IMG/VR virus record: IMGVR_UViG_3300035156_000206
Location: 227,968 to 291,967 of that record
DNA: 64,000 bases
Direction: 5' to 3' (one strand)
Below the pieces are notes generated by a model. The model saw only the letters and a list, made by a program, of their open reading frames with translations, searched no databases and was not told the origin of the DNA. Shown here piece by piece: positions 32,175 to 40,006 of the stretch (its first letter is position 1; every line of letters begins with the position of its first letter). The position numbers and the translations under genes were made by a program.

Positions 32175-32426
32175 TTACGACTGCCATGACTTTGCTTCTT
32201 TTGCTGCCAATGCGGCTGCTGCAGCTGCGTCAGCGGCCAGGGCTGCTGTCAGAGGAGCACCGGTCAGGGTTGCTAAGAATGTCACACGAGCTGCTGCGAG
32301 AGCGGCTTGGTCGGTAACGTACTTTGCAGTAATTTCCTTCATGATGCCTTCTTTAACCCACAACTTGCGCTGTTTCAGCAACAGAGTGGTTGGGTCGTAT
32401 TGGGCTGGGGTGTTAACTAATGCCAT
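32175..32426 (-). CDS. Ala-rich small protein (probably late)
   Basis: AAGGA RBS; TAAATA at 32456-32461. Confidence 0.7.
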   Translation of the reverse strand: MALVNTPAQYDPTTLLLKQRKLWVKEGIMKEITAKYVTDQAALAAARVTFLATLTGAPLTAALAADAAAAAALAAKEAKSWQS

Positions 32427-32488
32427 AATGTTTTCCTTTTAAGAGGGTTGTCCTCTATTTATGGAATACATCACAGATACTACAAATA

Positions 32489-32563
32489 TGGCAGGCAAGC
32501 AAGGAATCGAACCTCAGACTGATGGTTTGGAGCCACCCGTTTTACCACTGAAACTACTCACCC
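32489..32563 (-). tRNA. tRNA-Trp(CCA)
   Basis: Loop CTCCAAA, GCCA end. Confidence 0.9.
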
Positions 32564-32573
32564 GTTGTACATC

Positions 32574-32648
32574 TTATTCCCAGTTGCGAACAATAATGCT
32601 CACTACCAAGGCTATTGCAAGCAGCCCTACAACATAAATCGCTGTCAT
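32574..32648 (-). CDS. 24-aa membrane micropeptide MTAIYVVGLLAIALVVSIIVRNWE
   Basis: Directly behind the promoter at 32682-32710. Confidence 0.45.
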   Translation of the reverse strand: MTAIYVVGLLAIALVVSIIVRNWE

Positions 32649-32681
32649 ATTTAATGTTCCGTTTGCAAATGCATGAGAAGA

Positions 32682-32710
32682 AGTATATATGATTGTTTTT
32701 CAACTGTCAA
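32682..32710 (-). promoter_or_regulatory. sigma70 promoter TTGACA-N17-TATACT
   Basis: Direct reading; lies upstream of tRNA-Trp and tRNA-Gly. Confidence 0.85.
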
Positions 32711-32726
32711 CAGTTATTTTTCTGGG

Positions 32727-33056
32727 TCACAATGTATGGTGGTCTACCAACACATCCCCAGGGAACAATACCTGGGTATCGCATTCCTTTTTCAATCGGA
32801 TCTGCATTTCAGTCATTTCTGGACGGCGACTCATCTTGCACATCCGCGTCATGAAGATGGCATACCCAGCACACTGCTGAGCTTTGTGGGGAGCAATGTC
32901 CGGGCCACCTGGTTGGGTGACCGTCATGTGGCAGGCGAAAGGAATGTCCGCTCGTACCAAGTCGACGAAGTCTTGTGGATCGTGTTCACCAACCCATCCC
33001 TTCATTTTGCCCACATAGGGACATTCAGCACAAGGCTCTTTAAGATCGTGTTTCAT
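32727..33056 (-). CDS. Cys/His-rich zinc-binding hypothetical protein
   Basis: PCAECPY...FACHMT...QQCAG. Confidence 0.75.
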   Translation of the reverse strand: MKHDLKEPCAECPYVGKMKGWVGEHDPQDFVDLVRADIPFACHMTVTQPGGPDIAPHKAQQCAGYAIFMTRMCKMSRRPEMTEMQIRLKKECDTQVLFPGDVLVDHHTL

Positions 33057-33769
33057 GCAAGTTCAGCCCAAAATGCAGCGGCCTGCACAACTTGCTTTAC
33101 TTTATGCAAGTCAAACTCGTTGTCCGTACGAATACCAGTTTCCATGTCTGCCCAATATGGCACAGCATGGGCTTCCATCGTCACAATTGCTTGTTCGATG
33201 TTGCTTGGGCCAAGTCCACCAGCAAACCCACAAAACATGTGTTCCAATCCCTCGGGCAGTTCCCAATTGTCAGGAGATTGCCCGCGGCCGCGCGAGTCGT
33301 CCATCAGGATGTGGACCCGGCCTCGGTCAACATTTTGCAATGAATTGATGAAAGAGGTGATGACGGATGCCGTCCCTGCATGGTATTGCAGAATAACAGC
33401 TGGGCTGATGTCCATTGCACGCTTGTACACATCAAGCACCTGGGACGTTGTGAAACTGGGCTTGCGAGCATTGATGTTGAGCTGCATGCGGTCCGCATAT
33501 TCCAGCTCAGCAGGCAATTGATTAGCCAGAAGCTGTTCGAACGCCAGGTCACCGCAAAGGTGGATAGCATTGTGCCCCGGCAATTGCATATCGAAGAACT
33601 CTTGTCGCCAACGTTGTGAAGGATTGCGCTGTTTGCCCTCCGTATACGGCGAATACAGCAATGCCCACTCAATGAAGGAGAATTCGGTGCTCAGATTGGC
33701 CAAATCAAGCAAAAGGGTATTGTCGTCTGCTCCGGTGAGCGACAGGCGGTCGAGGTATACAGGTTTCAT
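33053..33769 (-). CDS. TrpF/PRAI-like TIM-barrel protein
   Basis: SLTGADD, ILMDDSRGRG, GFAGGLGPSNI, WADMETGIRT motifs. Confidence 0.7.
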   Translation of the reverse strand: MKPVYLDRLSLTGADDNTLLLDLANLSTEFSFIEWALLYSPYTEGKQRNPSQRWRQEFFDMQLPGHNAIHLCGDLAFEQLLANQLPAELEYADRMQLNINARKPSFTTSQVLDVYKRAMDISPAVILQYHAGTASVITSFINSLQNVDRGRVHILMDDSRGRGQSPDNWELPEGLEHMFCGFAGGLGPSNIEQAIVTMEAHAVPYWADMETGIRTDNEFDLHKVKQVVQAAAFWAELA

Positions 33770-34005
33770 AGGATGCGATCTAGCACTTTCAGGTTGGGGC
33801 GTTTGTCAAAATACACCTGGCACGTGATGCAATACTTGCACCCTACTTGTGCCTCGCGACGAGCTTGAGGGATTGGGTCATGGCATTCGCGGCAGAACTT
33901 ATTGCTTGGACCAGTTGGTAACATCAACCGAGCAATGTCGATGGCATTTTCTACCATTGCCATCGCGTTGACTGATTCGTCGTCTGCTCCGCCGTAACCG
34001 CTCAT
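33766..34005 (-). CDS. DksA/TraR-type C4 zinc-finger protein
   Basis: CRECHDPIPQARREAQVGCKYCITCQ. Confidence 0.9.
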   Translation of the reverse strand: MSGYGGADDESVNAMAMVENAIDIARLMLPTGPSNKFCRECHDPIPQARREAQVGCKYCITCQVYFDKRPNLKVLDRIL

Positions 34006-34008
34006 TGT

Positions 34009-34368
34009 TTACCCTTTTTCCATTACCGTAATGCCATTATCACCCTTTTGCACAAAAATGTCAACGGGGTCCGACTTTGAAGCAGCAGCAATGGCTAGGA
34101 TCTTGTTGTATGTGGTCCTGCGGATGACAAGGGTTGTCAATTGTTCTTCACGTACACCATTCACAATACGGTGGACGCCTATGTGCACGTCCTTTGAGAG
34201 AGGCCAGCCCAGCTCGCACATCTGACAATCAAGAGGTTCTTGCATGCGCAAGGCTTGCTCAAGTGGCATGAACAAATCAGGGACACGTTCCTCGAATTTG
34301 ATGAGCGATGTGGATGGTTCAGGATCTCTCCAGAAGTGCAGATCTGGGGCTGTCATACTTTGACCCAT
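34009..34368 (-). CDS. hypothetical protein
   Basis: ORF track. Confidence 0.6.
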   Translation of the reverse strand: MGQSMTAPDLHFWRDPEPSTSLIKFEERVPDLFMPLEQALRMQEPLDCQMCELGWPLSKDVHIGVHRIVNGVREEQLTTLVIRRTTYNKILAIAAASKSDPVDIFVQKGDNGITVMEKG

Positions 34369-34832
34369 TCGGAAAATGGTATCATTGCAAGGGTGCTGTT
34401 GCTATACCGGAAGTCATTGGATACTTCTGCACCAACCCAATGAGGCTTGACAAAGCGCTGGGACTCATCATCCAGTTCCACTTCGACAGTGATCAACCCC
34501 TTGTTGACGCCCAAGAACTCATCAACTTCCCAGATCAGACCATCAAATTTGATCAGGCTCCGAATCTTGTCGATTGTGTGAGTTCCGTCCGCACGCAGGT
34601 CAAATAACTGCAGGGCATCTTCTTGGTGGAGTTCCACCTCTACCTCTGTACGTGACAAACCAACAGGCTTACCCTTGATGCCAAGGATGTGACTGTCACC
34701 ATCGATGCGCACTCGAACGGTGCGGGCTGGGTCTGTGGAAATATACCACTGTTGCATCCGCCGCTTGGACATCACAACATCACGCCAACCATCATCTGTG
34801 ACTAGGAACTTACGCTCAATCTCGATACCCAT
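34353..34832 (-). CDS. CYTH-domain triphosphatase / adenylate cyclase-like protein
   Basis: EIERKFLV, VRVRI, KIRSL, WEVDEF, YSNSTL. Confidence 0.92.
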   Translation of the reverse strand: MGIEIERKFLVTDDGWRDVVMSKRRMQQWYISTDPARTVRVRIDGDSHILGIKGKPVGLSRTEVEVELHQEDALQLFDLRADGTHTIDKIRSLIKFDGLIWEVDEFLGVNKGLITVEVELDDESQRFVKPHWVGAEVSNDFRYSNSTLAMIPFSEWVKV

Positions 34833-34959
34833 AATATTCCTCGTAAACGATTAGCAAATGCATTTGGAAATGCAGCAAACTTCATTATACGCGGTGTAAA
34901 CAAGATTATCAACAAGGATCGTAAAAAGAAAAACCCGCACAAGGCGGGTTCTCTAATTC

Positions 34960-35036
34960 TGGCGGAGTTGACGGGACTCGAACCCGCGACCTCTACCGTG
35001 ACAGGGTAGCGCTCTAACCAGCTGAGCTACAACTCC
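34960..35036 (-). tRNA. tRNA-Asp(GTC)
   Basis: Loop CTGTCAC; own TAAATA at 35045-35050 and a terminator near 34930. Confidence 0.95.
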
Positions 35037-35074
35037 AGAATGTTTATTTATGCTTCACTTTTTCAGATGTATTT

Positions 35075-35152
35075 TGGCGGTAGCTCTGGTTATTCAACAG
35101 CCAGGAAAGATAGCTGAACACTACTAACTAGTCTTCGTGCCCAAAGCCACCA
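35075..35152 (-). ncRNA. CCA-ended stem RNA
   Basis: 11-bp GGTGGCTTTGG/CCAGAGCTACC stem plus GCCA; no T loop. Confidence 0.5.
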
Positions 35153-35181
35153 CAGAATACGACTGCTAATGCACATTTGTT

Positions 35182-35255
35182 TGGGTTGAGAGACGGGAAT
35201 CGAACCCGCGCTACTTCCGTCACAAGGAAGGGCTCTACCATTGAGCTACTCCCAA
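35182..35255 (-). tRNA. tRNA-His(GTG)
   Basis: Loop TTGTGAC, C discriminator plus CCA. Confidence 0.9.
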
Positions 35256-35266
35256 ACAAATGTGCA

Positions 35267-35464
35267 CTACAAGTACACCATCCTACCTTCAATCATTTTG
35301 CCCCGTACCCTTCCGGTACCTTCACAGGAAGAACATTTGGGGCTTCTTCCTGAGTCGTATCTACCAGAACCATTGCATGCAACACAGGGAAATAACTTGA
35401 ACCCGTGCACATGCATATGGTAATGTGCAAACCGACGTGCTTTACGTATCGCGAAATCGCTCAT
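35267..35464 (-). CDS. DnaJ-type zinc-finger small protein
   Basis: CVACNGSG...CSSCEGTG. Confidence 0.75.
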   Translation of the reverse strand: MSDFAIRKARRFAHYHMHVHGFKLFPCVACNGSGRYDSGRSPKCSSCEGTGRVRGKMIEGRMVYL

Positions 35465-35732
35465 GTCTCATTGACTCTATGTAATCTTCAATCTCATTGT
35501 ACTGCATGCTGCGTGGTCGCACGATTACAAGGTATTCTCCTTTGTAGTCTGGGCTGCGATCTTTTAGGATCTTGAATGCGCCCGTAACATCAATGACAAT
35601 GCACCGATGTGCTTCACAGATGTCACGCATGGTTAGCTTTACATCACCAATTGTGATCTCGGATAGGGGCAATTTCATCCCATCCTTGTGTAGATCTAAA
35701 TGGGTATACAAACGAAGTTCAATTGGCCGCAT
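35442..35732 (-). CDS. hypothetical protein
   Basis: ORF track. Confidence 0.6.
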   Translation of the reverse strand: MRPIELRLYTHLDLHKDGMKLPLSEITIGDVKLTMRDICEAHRCIVIDVTGAFKILKDRSPDYKGEYLVIVRPRSMQYNEIEDYIESMRHERFRDT

Positions 35733-35754
35733 GATATACCTGGTTACATTGTTG

Positions 35755-35841
35755 TGGAGTAGGGGACAGGATTTGAACCTGCGGTGCGCTTTCGCATCGA
35801 GATTTGCAGTCTCGCTCCTTCGACCACTCAGACACCCCTAC
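35755..35841 (-). tRNA. tRNA-Cys(GCA) with long variable arm
   Basis: Loop CTGCAAA; variable arm ATGC-GAAA-GCGC; TCCA end. Confidence 0.85.
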
Positions 35842-35847
35842 ATTGTT

Positions 35848-36204
35848 CTATTCTGCTACTAAGGCTGTCTTGGCCTCAGTTTCTGCTCGCTTGACCTTTG
35901 ACGCACCATCTATCAGAGCAAACATCTGATCCATATTCAGGTCGCACATCCCTTTCGGGCAATTCATTTTTGCATACCTGTCAACTGGTACTTGGATGTC
36001 CTTGTAGATGAACATTAGCTCATCGTGCTTGAGAATGCCATCTATTACCATCAACCGGAACTGATTTACCATCACATCCGAGCCAACACAAACATTGGAC
36101 ACACTTTCGTCACAGTAATTCTCGATCCACTTCAGCACGCGTTTTGCTACTTGGCCATCAGGGACTACAGTCCCGTATTGCTCATCATATTCAACATACA
36201 GCAT
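35848..36204 (-). CDS. hypothetical protein
   Basis: AAGGAG RBS; start at 36204. Confidence 0.75.
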   Translation of the reverse strand: MLYVEYDEQYGTVVPDGQVAKRVLKWIENYCDESVSNVCVGSDVMVNQFRLMVIDGILKHDELMFIYKDIQVPVDRYAKMNCPKGMCDLNMDQMFALIDGASKVKRAETEAKTALVAE

Positions 36205-36213
36205 ATTACTCCT

Positions 36214-36289
36214 TGGTAGAGATAGTTGGATTCGAACCAACGTAGCCTTCCTTATGAGGGAAGTTCATAAACCACTCTGACACATCTCC
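36214..36289 (-). tRNA. tRNA-Met/Ile2(CAT)
   Basis: Loop CTCATAA, ACCA end. Confidence 0.88.
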
Positions 36290-36295
36290 AGCGAT

Positions 36296-36414
36296 TGGTG
36301 GAAGAGGGACCTGTCGTAGGCTATCGACTCCCTTTGCACTACCCTTAGCCTTCACATCCATAACCGCCTGCGCAGGCTCTATGGGTAGCTCCAGTTAGAG
36401 TACCGTTAACTTCC
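36296..36414 (-). ncRNA. CCA-ended structured RNA
   Basis: GGAAG/CTTCC-A-CCA; inner stems GCTACCC/GGGTAGT, GCCTG/CAGGC, GTCG/CGAC. Confidence 0.5.
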
Positions 36415-36420
36415 ATTGTT

Positions 36421-36496
36421 TGGCACGGGATCTAGGATTCGAACCTAGGACCTACGCAGTCAAAGTGCGTTGCTCTACCAGCTGAGCTAATCCCGA
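36421..36496 (-). tRNA. tRNA-Gln(TTG)
   Basis: Loop CTTTGAC, GCCA end. Confidence 0.92.
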
Positions 36497-36520
36497 ACAG
36501 TCTTTACTTACTACATATTC

Positions 36521-36597
36521 TGGCGGGGATGGTAGGATTCGAACCTACGCATGGCGGAATCAAAATCCGCTGCCTTAACCAACTTGGCGACATCCCT
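36521..36597 (-). tRNA. tRNA-Gln(TTG)
   Basis: Loop TTTTGAT, GCCA end. Confidence 0.92.
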
Positions 36598-36614
36598 CTT
36601 GTTACAATACTACT

Positions 36615-36909
36615 AAAGAAGCACTCGAACGCGTGCTGCTACGCCTAATGCTCTAAGGGTCTTGATAAGCATCTGCTTGGGCTTTTATCCCCTATTACCC
36701 GCACATTAAGTCACCGGCTTGGCCCGCGTGACACAGCATCCCCGAAACATCGCGATTGAATCGAGTTGACGCTTTACCTATCAAACTGTACTTGTCCTTC
36801 CCCTGTGGTTATACGGTCTAAACGCACCCTGGGATCGGGCGGACACGGCTCCACTTGCAACTCATTAAAGATGGCTGCCCTTAAGCCAACTGCATACGAG
36901 CGCTTCTTT
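36615..36909 (-). ncRNA. 295-nt stem-closed ncRNA with a 23S H43-like element
   Basis: 13-bp closing stem AAAGAAGCGCTCG/CGAGTGCTTCTTT; contains GTTGGCTTA-AGG-GCAGCCATC-TTTAATGAG. Confidence 0.65.
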
Positions 36910-36925
36910 AGTACCACTAAACTAG

Positions 36926-37009
36926 ACCATGTACCGGGGATTCGAACCCACGTTAATCGCCGCTTGACCTGTTACCATGAACCTTACTGTGAGGCGATTA
37001 CATCCATGG
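36926..37009 (-). ncRNA. tRNA-like RNA lacking canonical D and anticodon arms
   Basis: CCATG/CATGG ends, T loop GGG-TTCGAAT-CCC, AATCGCC/GGCGATT stem. Confidence 0.5.
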
Positions 37010-37046
37010 AGTCCGTACATGACTTAAAAACTCGTATTACAAATTT

Positions 37047-37234
37047 TATAATGGTCGGGCTCTTCAAAATATGCATATTGCCTGGGAGGGAGTCAAACCC
37101 TACCGTCTCTCCCAGTAGTCGCCTAAAAGGCTTTCTGGAAGCATCCATTGTCGCTGGACCACATGCTACACATTTCGATCTGGCCAGATACTCAACAGTG
37201 TCTAGAATTTGTTGAGCAGAGCCCGATCATTATA
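37047..37234 (-). ncRNA. 188-nt stem-closed ncRNA
   Basis: 17-bp closing stem TATAATGATCGGGCTCT/AGAGCCCGACCATTATA. Confidence 0.55.
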
Positions 37235-37240
37235 AAACTT

Positions 37241-37315
37241 TGGTGCCGCTAATTGGTATCGAACCAATCTCCCTGGGGTTTCAGGCCAGTGCTAATCCAT
37301 CTCAGCTACAGCGGC
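37241..37315 (-). tRNA. tRNA-Phe(GAA)
   Basis: Loop CTGAAAC, ACCA end. Confidence 0.88.
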
Positions 37316-37333
37316 ATGGTAAAGCCACTAAAG

Positions 37334-37543
37334 TCACTTTTCATTTTGTTTCTTTCTCCACGCATATGTGCGTTCAAGTGCTGCATCTAATAAAACTTGG
37401 TCAATTTTGCCAGCCACAATGTAGTGCTCGTAACAAACATCACAACATGCAAAGCAATGTTTTATGTTCGAACCCACTACATGACAATTACATATACAGG
37501 CTGTGATTGATTCTCCCAGCCATGTAAATGTGCGCTTACTCAT
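37334..37543 (-). CDS. Cys-rich hypothetical protein
   Basis: ORF track. Confidence 0.55.
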   Translation of the reverse strand: MSKRTFTWLGESITACICNCHVVGSNIKHCFACCDVCYEHYIVAGKIDQVLLDAALERTYAWRKKQNEK

Positions 37544-37651
37544 TTCTTCATGACCCTTGACATTAAGTCATTGTAAACTGCCATGACAGGGTCATTTCGC
37601 ATCTTGCGTGCTTCTCGGGATGCTTTTGCATCCTCATACATCTTTAGGTAA

Positions 37652-37873
37652 TCAGGGACAGCTCTTGGATCCATTTGTTTCTCCTACAGGTATAACTTCA
37701 TCACTATCAACGGAAATGATAACCATTTCCGACTTTTCCCGTGCCTTGACCAATGGATTTACTTTCCAAGGGTAGCAACACGGAACACAATGTAGTATTG
37801 TGCCTTCTGGGTACCGATGACAAGCACAACTACATTTCTGCTCTTCATATACCATCGGAATGATCGCAGCCAT
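37652..37873 (-). CDS. Cys-rich hypothetical protein
   Basis: CSCACH...HCVPCC. Confidence 0.65.
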   Translation of the reverse strand: MAAIIPMVYEEQKCSCACHRYPEGTILHCVPCCYPWKVNPLVKAREKSEMVIISVDSDEVIPVGETNGSKSCP

Positions 37874-38172
37874 TACTCTTCGTCCATTGGCACTTCAACA
37901 GCATCATTTGCGTTGAACTTGCGCTCATTGTTGCGGCGCTTCGTCCAACCATAATCCGCCGCCACCTGGGCCACACCCATCTTCCCAACTTGGTTAGGAT
38001 TCTGGCTTACCATCGTCACAAAAGTGTGACCCAGGTCGTCTCGGTGCTTGCGAACACATTCAAGTGCTCCAACAAGATCATTATCACCGAAATCTGAGAA
38101 ATGAGCAACATTAATGTTGTCGTTTCCTGTCTTACCACCTAAAAAACTTTCAGTCCAATAGACTCGAAACAT
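37873..38172 (-). CDS. hypothetical protein
   Basis: Overlapping stop/start codons. Confidence 0.75.
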   Translation of the reverse strand: MFRVYWTESFLGGKTGNDNINVAHFSDFGDNDLVGALECVRKHRDDLGHTFVTMVSQNPNQVGKMGVAQVAADYGWTKRRNNERKFNANDAVEVPMDEE

Positions 38173-38537
38173 TACTTTCCTTGGCCTCGCGGCAAATTCA
38201 GTTCAAGAGCAGCGCGTTCCAACATGTCATCATTTGGTAAGGCATCAGTACCATACTTGGCGCTTACTTCCTTTGGCGACATTGTCACCGGGCCAAATAC
38301 AACCTTCATTACCTGAACCGAATCAACATACCGCTTCCCACCTTTACCTTCAGCCTTAGCGATGTGCGCTGCTGCCTGAATCAAACATGGGATGCTTGCA
38401 TGGATGTCATATTCAAAGGTGATCTCCGTATTAGCCTTTTCATCCCTAGGACCAGATACTGCATCGGTTGGGGTGTTTACGCCTTTTGGATCACCAGAAC
38501 CTGGCAAACGCATTTCTTTCAATTCAATCAACTTCAT
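38172..38537 (-). CDS. hypothetical protein
   Basis: AAGGAG RBS. Confidence 0.75.
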   Translation of the reverse strand: MKLIELKEMRLPGSGDPKGVNTPTDAVSGPRDEKANTEITFEYDIHASIPCLIQAAAHIAKAEGKGGKRYVDSVQVMKVVFGPVTMSPKEVSAKYGTDALPNDDMLERAALELNLPRGQGK

Positions 38538-38563
38538 GTTAGCTCCTTAGTTACAGTATTGTA

Positions 38564-38773
38564 TCACCTATTTACTGAAGAGTCAACATCAAGTTCCTTA
38601 TTTGGTACTGCATCTTTGATTTTCAGGTCATTAAACTTGTCAATGACCTCCATGGGTATCGATTCGTACTTGAACTCCGATTCCCCTGGCTTTTGTTCGT
38701 TTCGTTCTTCTTGGTCACAACCTGCACATGACCCACCGCTACCTGAGTAGCCATGATAGTAACAATCCGCCAT
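38564..38773 (-). CDS. hypothetical protein
   Basis: ORF track. Confidence 0.6.
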   Translation of the reverse strand: MADCYYHGYSGSGGSCAGCDQEERNEQKPGESEFKYESIPMEVIDKFNDLKIKDAVPNKELDVDSSVNR

Positions 38774-38784
38774 CTTTTATCCTT

Positions 38785-38867
38785 TGGTGCCCCCGCAGAG
38801 ACTCGAACTCTGAAAGGCGCGGCTTCTGAGGCCGCTAGCTGTACCAATTTGCATTAGCCACAGGGGC
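38785..38867 (-). tRNA. tRNA-Leu(CAG) with short variable loop and enlarged D loop
   Basis: Loop CTCAGAA, ACCA end. Confidence 0.85.
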
Positions 38868-38869
38868 GT

Positions 38870-39052
38870 TTATCGTAAAGTACCAATAAAATCTTGGTAA
38901 TCTTTAACCTGACGCACAATTTGTTCGTGGATGCGCTTCAAATCAGCTTCATCCGTATACGTCTCAATTGTACCATCAAGATACTCTACTACAGCCTTTC
39001 GGCCTGGCTCAACCGCGATGTCTTCATAATCCACCGATTTGATGAGCTTCAT
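38870..39052 (-). CDS. hypothetical protein
   Basis: ATGA-coupled. Confidence 0.65.
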   Translation of the reverse strand: MKLIKSVDYEDIAVEPGRKAVVEYLDGTIETYTDEADLKRIHEQIVRQVKDYQDFIGTLR

Positions 39053-39219
39053 TCGTCGTCATCCTCGTACTGACGATACTCATCTTGAGCACATTCATAA
39101 CCTTGCCAGTTATCAACACCAGCATTGCGCAGACAGTTTAGGAACAGACTGTCGTCATACAACTTTTCATACTCTGCCACAGACATCGTGACCACATCAT
39201 CTTTAATTTCAATAGCCAT
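39049..39219 (-). CDS. 56-aa acidic phage protein (not in ORF track)
   Basis: MAIEIKDDVV...AGVDNWQGYECAQ; GAAGG RBS. Confidence 0.7.
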   Translation of the reverse strand: MAIEIKDDVVTMSVAEYEKLYDDSLFLNCLRNAGVDNWQGYECAQDEYRQYEDDDE

Positions 39220-39234
39220 TTGCTACCTTCATTA

Positions 39235-39321
39235 TGGTGCGAGTAGAGGGACTCGAACCCCCACGATATTCCTACCGCCAGGACCTAAACCTGGTGCGTC
39301 TACCAATTTCGCCATACTCGC
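39235..39321 (-). tRNA. tRNA-Leu(TAG)
   Basis: Loop TTTAGGT, long variable arm, ACCA end. Confidence 0.93.
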
Positions 39322-39341
39322 ATGCTTCAAACAACAAAATC

Positions 39342-39450
39342 TGGGGGGAGTGAGGGGAGTCGAACCCCATGATGGAACGTCATGCCTGGACAACCCGACG
39401 CCTGGTGGTGTCCCCATCTTCCCGCATACTGAGCCCGCACTGCACTCCCC
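39342..39450 (-). ncRNA. tRNA-like RNA with 8-bp acceptor stem and no anticodon loop
   Basis: GGGGAGTG/CACTCCCC, T loop GGGG-TTCGACT-CCCC. Confidence 0.55.
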
Positions 39451-39459
39451 ATTGTTACA

Positions 39460-39606
39460 TTTGTAGCAACCGGTACTGATCTCCGGTTTGTCCCCAAGCC
39501 GTATGAGGCCGCTTACAAGGGGTTCGGGCATTACGTAGAACAAGGTGGCCACACCTACGCAACCTCTTTTATGTTCCCGCGCATCAGTCTGCGCATTTGC
39601 TACAAA
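39460..39606 (-). ncRNA. 147-nt stem-closed ncRNA
   Basis: TTTGTAGCAA/TTGCTACAAA closing stem with four internal hairpins. Confidence 0.55.
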
Positions 39607-39609
39607 ATC

Positions 39610-39780
39610 TTCGCTTTAGGCTTTCACCTACCCTGGCCTTGAGGCTGCGTATGAAGAGTACCGATCCATGCCGATACCTCCGAGCAATCGCTAAGTTGAT
39701 TCACTCTTCGGTTTCCCGAACGCTGATCAAGCGCTGCCTAGAAGGGCCGTATAATAATTTACAACCCCACGTACAATTGC
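39610..39780 (-). ncRNA. putative structured ncRNA
   Basis: TCGG-GAAA-CCGA, GAAGAGT/ACTCTTC, TAGG-TGAAAG-CCTA. Confidence 0.4.
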
Positions 39781-39785
39781 GAAAC

Positions 39786-39915
39786 TGGTGCCGGCGGCTG
39801 GAATCGAACCCGCAAGAACTGCTTTTCACACAGTCTCATCACCCTGAGCATCAACTGGGACTAGTACTCCAGTCTATCTCTTATCGATGCTACCCTTTTG
39901 CATGGGGCGTCCGGC
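39786..39915 (-). ncRNA. tRNA-ended RNA with enlarged interior
   Basis: GCCGG/CCGGC-A-CCA, TTCGATT T loop, AGCATCGA/TTGATGCT arm. Confidence 0.55.
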
Positions 39916-39921
39916 ATATCT

Positions 39922-39999
39922 TGGTGGATGCGAAGGGAATCGAACCCTCATGCCCCGCTACTACCGTTTGTCCAGGATGACCTAGGCGGGAGCGCACCC
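39922..39999 (-). ncRNA. tRNA-like RNA without canonical D or anticodon arms
   Basis: GGGTGCG/CGCATCC-A-CCA, GAGGG-TTCGATT-CCCTT, CCCGC/GCGGG. Confidence 0.55.
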
Positions 40000-40006
40000 A
40001 ATGTTA

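Noticed and set aside
32574-32648. Third attenuator for tRNA-Trp
   Set aside because: The peptide has one Trp, but only 10 nt and no terminator separate it from the tRNA.
36680-36700. Second 23S mimic (GGGGATAAAAG near the peptidyl-transferase region)
   Set aside because: Only about 9 nt of identity, which is expected by chance.
39342-39450. tRNA-Sec because of the 8-bp acceptor stem
   Set aside because: No TCA anticodon loop in an anticodon arm.
39232-39552. 106-aa ORF from the track
   Set aside because: Overlaps tRNA-Leu(TAG) and two ncRNAs; incidental open frame.
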